Below, in pieces: positions 11,301 to 21,051 of a DNA stretch of 64,000 bases. Source of the stretch: Hydrurus foetidus (taxonomy: Eukaryota); NCBI GenBank assembly GCA_900617105.1, contig UYFQ01000651.1:1-64000 (forward strand), given 5' to 3'. A program made the position numbers and the translations under genes. A model generated the notes under the pieces. The model was not told the origin of the DNA. It ran no database searches and was given only the letters and a program-made list of their open reading frames with translations. Within the stretch, counting starts at the first letter, position 1. Each line of letters opens with the position of its first letter.

Positions 11301-12074
11301 TGTTATGTCACTCTTATCTAATTTCCCCTGACCTATTAATTTAATTAACTGTCCTGGGCTGGCGTAACCTAACTTTCTCTGATACTCTCTAGCTAACTCT
11401 GCTGACTTAACTTGTCTAGCTGTATACAGTTTCTTCTTATCCTTAACTGTCATGACCATGATCGATTTATCGAACGATACATTCTTGTAACTGACATTTC
11501 TGTCTAAGTCGCATAGATATATGTTCGTAGACTGATCATGGACAAATCTATATACAGGTCCTAACTTAATCATCCTAACTTTGTAACAATCCTGGTCACT
11601 GTCATAGCTAACTGACTCGCTCGAGCTGACTATGTTACCGAAGGATAATATATTTGCTATACAATTGCTATCGTAGTAAACTGTTCCGAAGTCCGTCTCG
11701 CCACACTCCGTGATTATCAAGGGTTCCCCTGAGGGTTCACTCCATTAATAATCATCGGGGTAGCGGACGGCATAATACTATAAAATAAATCTCCACTACA
11801 AAATACTGACTCTGCTGCACATGTATCTAACAACACTTGTCTCTCTGTAAATGTGGAACTGTGTGTATATACATTCGCACTAAAAATCACAGGGTCACCC
11901 CCACAATTTTTACTGTTCAGTGGACAAAAATTCTCCAGGCTGCATGCTTTATCTAACAATGGCACAAGCGCAGGGTAACCGGTCGACGTTGCAAATACGT
12001 CATGCAGTCCGGTTTCCCCACACGGAACATTTACATCCCTAGCTAGTGAATCAGGTAAAAAACATATAAGGGAC
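8348..12074 (-). CDS. copia pol (protease, integrase, RT, RNase H), split by three -1 frameshifts (~11727, ~9888, ~9228)
   Basis: PR LLDTCAAES; IN YIDLMF / RIDGE / VVERKIR; RT KSRLVAGG, IDFPGAFLN, LKKALYG, HVDD; RH YIDASY, SSTEAEL, YQDN, ADLLTKPL. Confidence 0.95.
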
Positions 12075-13256
12075 TTACTTTTCCGAGGAAGTGTGACGCG
12101 CAGGTGCGTTCTTCCTCGCGGGCTTCTTACACTCGTACGCATAATGCCCCTCCTCCCCGCAGTTGTTGCAAGATCCGAAACGGGTACCGTACTCCTGTAC
12201 GGCACCACCTCTCTCTCTCTGCGGGGTGGCCTCCCTATCCCTATAGGGAGTGCCTGCCCTCGCTGTACTCTCGCTGCCGGGGGTATCGTACCCTCCCTTC
12301 TCAGCTCCCTGACTGCCTCCGCGGCCTCTGCCGCCTCTCCCACCGGAACCCGCTCTCCCACCCCGACTGGCCGCGAAAACGTTTCGCTTCTCCGAGTTCG
12401 GGGGAGCTCCTCCGTGGACGGGCCTTCCCATAAGGAAGTTGGCCGCGTCCTGGTTGGCATCAGCCATGGTCTGCGGCCATGGCCGAACCTTATTTTTAAA
12501 CGTATTAATATATTCTGAATAGTTTGAATTCAGTGCAGTTATAAATAAGACAGCATGGAACTCATCTGTGTGTTCTGGTGCGTCTTCGTCTGCCAACCTG
12601 TAGGCTTCGCTCTTGACGAATAGCAGAGTCCTGCACCTACTATAGTAAGCTGCTAGATCTTCGTGTTGAGTCATTTTGTTATTATAAAAGTTTCTAACTG
12701 CTGTAATAATGTTATAAGTTTCTCCATACCTTTTGTTGCTCATGTGTGTTGCAACCACACATGTCAACAGACCTAGAGGATCGCATTCCTCCATAGCTCT
12801 CTTTCCCGCGGGCATCTCGTTCACCCTCGTCTGCGAGGCCTCTGACATTTGACCTAATAATACACCATACAATTTTGCGCAGTCTTTTATAAGTAATTCA
12901 GATGCAGCTTCATATTTCTTACGTGCAGTTTTCCATCTCTCTATGGCGACCAGTCCTGCTCCTTCAGGCGGGTCCGCAGGTTCTACCTGCTCCACGTAGT
13001 CGTAGAGGATCCCGTCTATACCTATTATTTCTTTAACAGTAGATTCATAAGTACTGTGCATATATACTCGAAAACATTCGAGCCATTTCAACACAGATTC
13101 TGGATCTGCCGCTTGTCCTCGCGGCAAATCCAGGTAAGCACCTACCTCGGGCTTCCTACCTTTAGATATGGGTTTATGAGGCTCTCCTTGCCCTCTACCA
13201 TATCGACCCCTGCCCCCGCCACGGGACTGGAATCTTCCATCGCCTCGTCCTCTCAT
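12075..13256 (-). CDS. copia gag with RGG boxes and CCHC zinc knuckle
   Basis: First ATG at 13256; CNNCGEEGHYAYEC; TAA at 12077-12075. Confidence 0.92.
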   Translation of the reverse strand: MRGRGDGRFQSRGGGRGRYGRGQGEPHKPISKGRKPEVGAYLDLPRGQAADPESVLKWLECFRVYMHSTYESTVKEIIGIDGILYDYVEQVEPADPPEGAGLVAIERWKTARKKYEAASELLIKDCAKLYGVLLGQMSEASQTRVNEMPAGKRAMEECDPLGLLTCVVATHMSNKRYGETYNIITAVRNFYNNKMTQHEDLAAYYSRCRTLLFVKSEAYRLADEDAPEHTDEFHAVLFITALNSNYSEYINTFKNKVRPWPQTMADANQDAANFLMGRPVHGGAPPNSEKRNVFAASRGGRAGSGGRGGRGRGGSQGAEKGGYDTPGSESTARAGTPYRDREATPQRERGGAVQEYGTRFGSCNNCGEEGHYAYECKKPARKNAPARHTSSEK

Positions 13257-13300
13257 CCTTGCAAATCTTTTGCAACTTCTAGCTAATCTATCTAAGGATG

Positions 13301-13311
13301 ACTGTCGTTTA
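13301..13311 (-). promoter_or_regulatory. Non-tRNA primer-binding site TAAACGACAGT, complementary to LTR positions 13443-13433
   Basis: Abuts the 5' LTR CA end, lacks TGG, and is an exact 11-nt reverse complement of ACTGTCGTTTA in the LTR. Confidence 0.8.
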
Positions 13312-13590
13312 TGTTGGAAATCTGGGCGATTTACACGGAATTTCTTCCGAGTTCCCAAACGATCCCTGCACTTCCGACTGCTAGCAACGCTTGCTCAAAA
13401 GAGAAGAAGACGTTCTATTCGGTAAGTTGGATTAAACGACAGTGACATGCTGTCGATTACATCTAGGTAGCATAACATGAGTGCGAGGGTTGCGGTCAAT
13501 GCTATCGCTGAATGTACGTACACCCGTGCATGAAAACAATCATACATCACACAGGGTACAAGATCCTAGTCTAATCCGGATATCACAACA
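13312..13590 (-). repeat. 5' LTR of copia element
   Basis: Direct repeat of 7558-7836, upstream of gag. Confidence 0.98.
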
Positions 13591-13594
13591 AAGT

Positions 13595-13790
13595 GGGTGA
13601 CCTCGTAAATTCAAAAAATTTATGTAACCCAGATTTGAGTGACCCAGAAAAAAAAATATGCGATTCCCCCCCCCCCCTGTCTAGATTCTCCTCGAATCCT
13701 AGATTTGGGTGACATAAACTTTTTGGAAAGTCAAAATTTATGTCACCCAAATCTGGGTTCTGGGGGAGTTTTGAATTTACGAGGTCACCC
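13595..13790. mobile_element. MITE, 196 bp, PIF/Harbinger-like
   Basis: 22-bp TIR GGGTGACCTCGTAAATTCAAAA; AGT on both flanks (3-bp TSD); internal GGGTGACATAAA / TTTATGTCACCC sub-repeats. Confidence 0.85.
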
Positions 13791-13972
13791 AGTGATCCTG
13801 GATCAAGATCATATCATCAACTTCATGATATTATCTATAATCGTAGGTATCATCATTAAAACATCTGCTGGAAGTTGAAGACCCTTCCTCTCGAACCAGA
13901 CCGCAGGAAACTGCTACTTGTAATACTTCTTTTTCTTCCACCTTCAGCAAAGGTTGTTATCTGAGTGTGATC

Positions 13973-14728
13973 ATGGCTTCCAATTCCGAGTTTCAACTTG
14001 AGACCGATATTCAATTTCGGGATGTTGACTACGACAAAGATATTGAAAAGTTGCTCCCAATATATATTAATGCTTTCGAAGATCAAAGGCAATACATTAA
14101 TGTATCATTGGCCACAGGAGAGGCCCACAGGGCAGCTTTGGAATTCATCTTTTCAGTCCGGCTATTTCTACTTGCGAGACTCCGCGACCAGCAGACGATA
14201 TTTCTTGTCGCCACGCAGGATGAAGCAGTGATTGGTGCAGGTGCCATTGCACCAAATTCATCATCGAACACATTTTGGGACACTGTTAGCTCGGGGATGT
14301 ACTTATTGCCATTTAAGTTTGGTTATGGTCCCTTTATGCGCGCGATGAAATTAGGAGGATCAACAAGTGGTGTAGAAGTTGATCCTCTCGGTGGAAAGGT
14401 GGTCATGATGGCCGTTGACCCAAAGCTTCACGGAAGAGGTGTTGGCAGTGGCCTGCTCAAACGTTTACTCTCTCGATGGGATGCGGACAAGACTCATGGA
14501 GACCTCCTTCTATTAACGCAACTCGAGAGCAGCGTCAAATTTTATCGGGGTTATGGGTTTGAATTGACAGCCAAAGTAGACAAGGAGGGATATTCTAACT
14601 GGTCTATGCACAGACCTCAGCCAGTGACTCCTGAAGATGTCGCTGTTGTCACTCCAACCGGTGAAGTAGATGCAGCACAAGATAAAGCAGATGACGGAGC
14701 AGAAGACCACGTGCAATTGAAACCGTAA
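13973..14728 (+). CDS. GNAT-family N-acetyltransferase
   Basis: Acetyl-CoA motif MAVDPKLHGRGVGSGLL and C-terminal VKFYRGYGFE; single exon; first ATG 13973. Confidence 0.92.
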   Translation: MASNSEFQLETDIQFRDVDYDKDIEKLLPIYINAFEDQRQYINVSLATGEAHRAALEFIFSVRLFLLARLRDQQTIFLVATQDEAVIGAGAIAPNSSSNTFWDTVSSGMYLLPFKFGYGPFMRAMKLGGSTSGVEVDPLGGKVVMMAVDPKLHGRGVGSGLLKRLLSRWDADKTHGDLLLLTQLESSVKFYRGYGFELTAKVDKEGYSNWSMHRPQPVTPEDVAVVTPTGEVDAAQDKADDGAEDHVQLKP

Positions 14729-16734
14729 GCCGCTGTGGGTGATCTACCTCTACCAGTGGCTAGCGATGGAGAAGAGAAGCGCATATGTGCGCTAGATTGC
14801 AGCGAGAAGTATCGCGGTGTCATTAATTGGCTGTAGGGTATGGGACTGGCCAGATAAGGTCGGATTGGATGGACTGGACTAGGGAAGAGTGTGTCACACA
14901 CTTTTCTCCTATCTCCTTTTTCGTCACACATTAGCACCAGCTACGGTATCATTAAAGTCCAAATCCAGCTTTTACTAGGACCATAATTAATTACTTCTAC
15001 GTTATCAAAAAATACGTCTGTCTGATCCTGATTAATGAGGTCATTCTTTTTATTTTGCTTCTCACTGTGTCAGCGGATGTTATTGCTATTCTTATTGACT
15101 ACATTGCAGTCAACCTCTTTGACAACATTTCTTTCAGATTCACTCCACTACCTCTTTTACACTTCTCGAAACCGTACATTTTTCTCCATCCTTACCATCG
15201 TATGAAAGATTTTGGTGCAAGGCTCCGTTATATTTTGTTTTACTATCCTGTCATATAATAGTACACTGTGATATCAATACAACAGTAAGATTTTCGATTT
15301 TCACAAATATTTCAATTAAAACACTCTCCTGAGAACAATTCTCGATGGGCTTTGTTTGTTCTTATCTGAACACAATAAAATGCCCTAGCACTCGAATTCA
15401 CAGAAGTAAAATGGCGATTTTCACGGTGCTTAAAATTGCTTTCAGTCTGCATTTCGATTTCGGACATTTCAGCAAATAATAGAGGTTCTGAAGTGAATGC
15501 ATTTTGATTTCATATGAAAGCTAATTTGCGAATTTCAATCTACACGGCTCGAACTCTCATGAGAATAGAAAGACAAAGCCCGAGATCGAATTTTACTTGA
15601 AGGTCATCATCTTCGGTAGGGAAACGTCGGAACAGCTATCCTGGATATCCTACATCTATTTGTCACAAGACGGGGGATTAATAATGCTCTCCTTGACTTT
15701 GGCAGTGTATGGAGCACTGTCGCTTTATATGGAGATCAAGAGATGTGAAAAATCGACATCATGGATTAATCAGAGGTTCGGTTCTGTTCTTCCTGCAATA
15801 AGACGCATGAAAAAGAGAATTGTCATGCGCATGGTGACACTTCACTTCGCATGAAAAATGAAAAACAGGCTGCCGAGTAATTTTATTATGATTCGCTCAA
15901 ACTGGAGCTCAATGCTCACTGTGATTCAATCTCTAGCACAGCAATTGAAGACAAGGAACATTCAGGAGGATGGCGCAAACTTTGGAGACTGCCGAGAAGA
16001 CGAGATAGCCTTTTTCAAGCCGTGAATTAAGGTATTTTTGTGGATATCTCTCTAAGGGATGAACCAATTGAGAGCAGGACGGCAAAAAAAATCGGGGGAA
16101 TGTGTAAAAGCTTACGTATACAACAGCAAGAAATAAATTACCACGTTCTGCCAATTGTCCCAGAGAAGAATATGAAATGCAAGCGATAGTTGCACCGTAA
16201 TTCGTAATCATAGGATATGAAGCTGAGAAGAGAACTATGGAATGCATTGGTTGCACTGCGACATTCCTCAGCGCTTCGGAAATACTGACTACCGTACCAT
16301 CGATGAAAAAAATTGAGTTGGATGAAGGTGATGTAAGATAGAGCAACACATATGCAATAAGCCATCGATTACGCCACCAGAACAGTGTAACGATATGCTG
16401 CGTCCAACACATTGCAATATGACAACATGCTATATTTTATGCTATTCTACGGAGAGGGAGGTAGAGGAATCGGGATAGATGTCTGCGTGGTTGAAGTAAA
16501 ATCGGGCTAAAACCTTCGCATGAAAATAAATTGTGTCAAAGGGTTTCGTAACCGATGGGCAAACTGTGGGAAATTTGAATGGAATACGGTAAAAGTTGTT
16601 GTATACAGCTTCGCGTATCTTCAAGTAACAATAAAATTGGGTCGGAAATATTTTTGAGGTGAAGTGATTGATGTAAAAAAACCGGTTGGAAGGGGTGACA
16701 GAGTTTTGTTGTAAGTAAATTGTAAATTTCGTTC

Positions 16735-18945
16735 TCATCTTTCTGGAAATATGTCGTATTCTCCTTGATCGCTCGGTGCTCTTTTTCTTCTCGATTCGGA
16801 GGAATGTCTCTGAGATTGTAGCAAATTCTCACGGTTCGCTTGTTGACTCACCTCGCAATCTGATGACTTTTCCCTCAGAGAACTTTTAGTAGTTGTAGTA
16901 GAGGTACTTCCCATGGTGGTTGAATTGCTCGTTTGAGGTTGAGTGGGAGGGATTCCATTCCTCAAATGTGGGATAGGATGGGAGATTGGAGTTCGATCTG
17001 TACCGTTTGATAAATAGGAGTAGGAATAATTAAACATGGAGGGGGAGGGGGAAGGGGAGAGAAAATAGCCGTCATTATTTCCGTTACTGCCCCGACTACT
17101 GCCAAAAATATTTGTTTCTACGTATCTTTCGTGTTCACTAGCGCCATTATCAGAGCCTAAACCTGTAAATGCACCTACACTGCCACTCGCAATATCGCCA
17201 GTGTTAGAGTGAATATTGTCGCTACTATAATGCAGATGCGTGTTGAATGAGGGGAGTTGGAGGGCATGATTAGCTGCTACTTCAGCGAGTAAGTACGTAT
17301 GGCTTGTGGAGCAGTTTGAGCCACTGGGTTGATTTAGAAAATTATGAAATGTCGCCATACCACTTGCTCGACTATTGTGCTCTGCTTTAGGCATTGCTGT
17401 CTCCATTGCCTTCATTAGCGGATACATAGAAGGAACTCTTGTATTCTTTTTCGCAGTTGACCATTCCTTAACTAATTGTTCTGCTGCAACTCTTGGGTCC
17501 CAAGCTACACCCATTTTCAAGAAACTATTAATATTGACATTTGCTGCACTTTCTGACGTGTCACTGTTGCTGCTATTCATGCCACTGGATTTTGAAAGTA
17601 AATCCGTCTTTCTGGTTGCTGCGTGATTGCTCTGAATTCCACAGTTTTGGTTTTGAGTCCAAAGATTTGAGTTTTCTGCGTTAATTTGATTTTCTACAAT
17701 ATCTGAGCTGTTTTTAGTGATACTGCAAATATCTTCTTTCGATAGTGATCTTCTTGTGTTTGTTGTAAAAGTGTGTACTGCATTATCTGCTTCGGATAGT
17801 TGTGTGTGATTTTTGACACCGTAGTGTTGCGTCATTTCAATCGCACTGTGTCGACTGTCAGCGGAAAATACTTGTCCGTGAGTAGGTCCTCTATATGCAC
17901 GCATATGTCCAACATTACTCTGCATTTGATTTTGACTTTGAACTTGATTTTGAGAATACACATCTGCAGCACTTTTGGAATAAGAAGAAGATGTTCTCAT
18001 GGTGTCCAATTGCAGCAATTCATCATCCAGACAGCTGAACTCGTTTACTGACATAGGGCTACTGATACGTGGCCGATTAACCGGAAATAGACTGGAACTG
18101 CTGGAGCTCGAGCTTGTGGTAGACGTAGTGCTGCCCAATGCAGCGAATGTAGGATAGCTTCGCGGACCTTCCGCGTGAGATGCAGTAGCTGTTTTGAGTC
18201 GATCCGTACACGGGATAGCCTCACTGTTCTCATTATTTGTCCCACCAGAATAATCTACACCGACATGCTTAATGTTATTAGCAGCACTCTTTCTCTGAGT
18301 GTTACCTCGACTTTTCTCAGAAGTTTTATTCTTTTCTTTTGAACCTTTCAGATTTCTTGTGGAGCTTGAAGTCTTCTCATGAGAATCAGAATGCGGTGAT
18401 GCTGGTTTAGTACTGACTGCTGTTGCCGCTGCTGAATGACAGTGATAATTGTGAGAGCTGGACGAATCTGGTGCGTTTGTAACCGAAGACGATGGAATGG
18501 AATTAGCTGGCGCGTGTCTGTTCATAACTGCTTCGATCAAGTTGCACAGAACTCTCGTGGATAGGGGTTTCCTGAGGACAGAAAAGAAGCCCAAGGAATG
18601 GGCATCGTAATCATTGGTATTGTCCAATTCGTCAAGCAGCAAGACAACTGGAGTCGGTGATCCTACAGCATGCAGCACGCCAAGCATATTCGTCGCACCC
18701 AAATGCTGCATGTCTTTTTTGGCGATGATGAGGTCGTAGCATGTGTGCTCAGAGCACTCTAGGCCGATAAAAGCATTTGGTACCACCGTGAAAATGCAGC
18801 AGTAATTCGTATCTTCCGTTGACTGTTCTAACATTCTGGCTCCACCTTTTTCGTCAACACCCGGTTCAACATCTGATGGCGAGTGGAAACAGTCGTCAGA
18901 AACATAGAGAATAACCTCGTGCTTGTTATGCTGAGTTTCTGACAT
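16735..18945 (-). CDS. Protein with N-terminal pseudo-receiver (CheY-like) domain and long disordered tail
   Basis: ILYVSDD...YDLIIAKKDM...TPVVLLL...GFFSVLRKPLS follows the receiver pattern; 736-aa uninterrupted ORF. Confidence 0.8.
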   Translation of the reverse strand: MSETQHNKHEVILYVSDDCFHSPSDVEPGVDEKGGARMLEQSTEDTNYCCIFTVVPNAFIGLECSEHTCYDLIIAKKDMQHLGATNMLGVLHAVGSPTPVVLLLDELDNTNDYDAHSLGFFSVLRKPLSTRVLCNLIEAVMNRHAPANSIPSSSVTNAPDSSSSHNYHCHSAAATAVSTKPASPHSDSHEKTSSSTRNLKGSKEKNKTSEKSRGNTQRKSAANNIKHVGVDYSGGTNNENSEAIPCTDRLKTATASHAEGPRSYPTFAALGSTTSTTSSSSSSSSLFPVNRPRISSPMSVNEFSCLDDELLQLDTMRTSSSYSKSAADVYSQNQVQSQNQMQSNVGHMRAYRGPTHGQVFSADSRHSAIEMTQHYGVKNHTQLSEADNAVHTFTTNTRRSLSKEDICSITKNSSDIVENQINAENSNLWTQNQNCGIQSNHAATRKTDLLSKSSGMNSSNSDTSESAANVNINSFLKMGVAWDPRVAAEQLVKEWSTAKKNTRVPSMYPLMKAMETAMPKAEHNSRASGMATFHNFLNQPSGSNCSTSHTYLLAEVAANHALQLPSFNTHLHYSSDNIHSNTGDIASGSVGAFTGLGSDNGASEHERYVETNIFGSSRGSNGNNDGYFLSPSPSPSMFNYSYSYLSNGTDRTPISHPIPHLRNGIPPTQPQTSNSTTMGSTSTTTTKSSLREKSSDCEVSQQANRENLLQSQRHSSESRRKRAPSDQGEYDIFPER

Positions 18946-19377
18946 ACTTACATAATACTTTCATAATCTTTGGCTTCATGACTGCCACTCTAAACGACAA
19001 AAATGCCTTCTCGGCTAGACATAGAAGTGAATCTTCGCCTCAGTCCTGTGTACGTCGATAACAGATACTGCCGATGTTTCCGTCGCAGTGATGAAGATAA
19101 GTCCATTATTTTTCGGAAAACTGGTGCACTCCGCTGAATGCTCTGCTGCCATCATGTCACATCATCATGCCGCACGAAGGGTTGCAAAGGTGCAGAGGTT
19201 GTTGTTAATGAGTCCGTCCTGAGTGCGAGGAGAGCCAGAGGAGCAGAGAGCAGAGGAACATCTGAATTCAGGATGGGACGGGAATGGACAATACCGTACT
19301 TTGGGATGTTCCCAGCAAACGGGAATATCCCCGCAACCGTAGAAGATTTTGTTTTCTAGATTTTTCGTAGATTTTTT

Positions 19378-19931
19378 CTGCGTAGGCCCATAGGCATATG
19401 TGCATATATATGCAAACCGTATAAATGCATGTATATGCGCATATATATGCAAGACGTTCTACATAAGCAAAATGCATATTCCTGCTATTCGCCACCATTT
19501 TGCCTCTATATTAGGCTTAATTCCACAACTGCAAGTCATTGCTGTGCAGAGATTTACCTTAATTATAAACTGTTGACATTTGACATCATCATGTTCAACG
19601 TAAACCGTATTTGCTTTCGACAGGCTCGAGCGCTCTACCAAGTGAGCTTCCCGGGTACTTTCCTCTCAAGTGCTGAATATTTTAGGAATCCATAAGCTTC
19701 ACAATTTACAATTCACAACTAGTGAGTAGTCCGCTCGCTTTAAGAAAGTAAAATTGGCCGTATGTGGCCGGGCCACATACGACCACATACGGCCAGCACG
19801 CCGCGAAGTACTAACGAGTGAACGTACCGTAAGTACGTTGCATGCATATGTTGCATATATACGCACCAGCTTTGAAAACGGTGCATATTGCCTATATAAT
19901 TTTTTTCAATTTTGCATATGGGCCTACGCAG
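19378..19931. mobile_element. Non-autonomous DNA transposon (554 bp) with 8-bp TSD, hAT-like
   Basis: 15-bp TIR CTGCGTAGGCCCATA; GATTTTTT at 19370-19377 and 19932-19939; repeated GCATAT/ATATGC subterminal motifs. Confidence 0.85.
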
Positions 19932-21051
19932 GATTTTTTCATCTCGATACAAATACAAATAACGATACGATTGAATCAATTCAAATTTGGATCTTGAGTT
20001 GCGAATGCACATTGAGATGCAAATGTACAATTGCTGTCATACTCTTCTCGCGTAGCCATAGGTGTAGGTTGTCAATTTTTTCGAAAGATAACCCAACAAT
20101 TGAAGTCTTCAACGATATCGAGGTTTATTTGTCTTTTTGTTGAATGCATGCTTGTCGGTTGGAAGCCTTAAATAGAATTTATCTCCATCGCTTCTTTCAC
20201 AGCCCCTGACTAGATCGCACTCATCGTACGGTAATGAGACGAAAGTAACATGCGCACGAACGTACATACGAAGGCCCTCCAACCAACAGGATGGCCGGAC
20301 TTGGCCGGACTTGTTTATGAGAGCGTTGCTATGTTCGAATGACTGTGTGTCTACTTCTTGACTTCAGTAAGTGTCAAGTAATACAAGCCATTGAAAGTGT
20401 TCAGTGATTGAAAGTTGAAGAAGTACACATTATTTTTGAATCGATTTTTTTTACGGTATCTGCGGTACAATACCGTATATCGCACTGTGCCTGGTCCGAG
20501 GCCCTCTGGGAAACCATTTTGCAGGAATAGAAGAAGATGTCGAGGATCTTGTGTAAATCCAGGACAGATTTTTTTTGGTAATTCTCACTGTGTTCAATCC
20601 TCGTCCGACCTAAGCCTGCATTTCGGAATTTTTTTTATTCACTTAGTCTGTGGGAGATCACGATCTTCCGCTCTACGATTTATAAGTAGCGCTTTCTTAT
20701 TTCTTGTATAATACCCACGGAAAACGTCGTTTCGCTGTAAATTAAATTGAATCCAGTATCCAGCTGAATTGAATGAAAAATAAATCAAATTAAAAATAAA
20801 AGTAAAGTTATCATATTAAATTGGTTGGTCGTAAACATGAAAATTAAGTATGCAAATGATAACGTCAATTTGACCCTAAAGCTATTTGGCCCTATGTATC
20901 TTGGTAGACTTCTGACTGAGTACTACACTATGACAATCTCATGTCAATAGAAATGCGAATATACTGAAACACGAAAACTTAAAATACGAAAACAAATACG
21001 CGGATACATGAATGCTGATAGAAATTAAAAATAACGGGAGATATGATGGAC

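Larger units (their letters stand above)
7558..13590 (-). mobile_element. Full-length Ty1/copia LTR retrotransposon (resembles diatom CoDi-type), recent insertion
   Basis: Two 279-bp LTRs (TGTTG...CAACA) differing at one base; 5-bp TSD AAGTG at 7553-7557 and 13591-13595; order gag-PR-IN-RT-RH. Confidence 0.98.
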
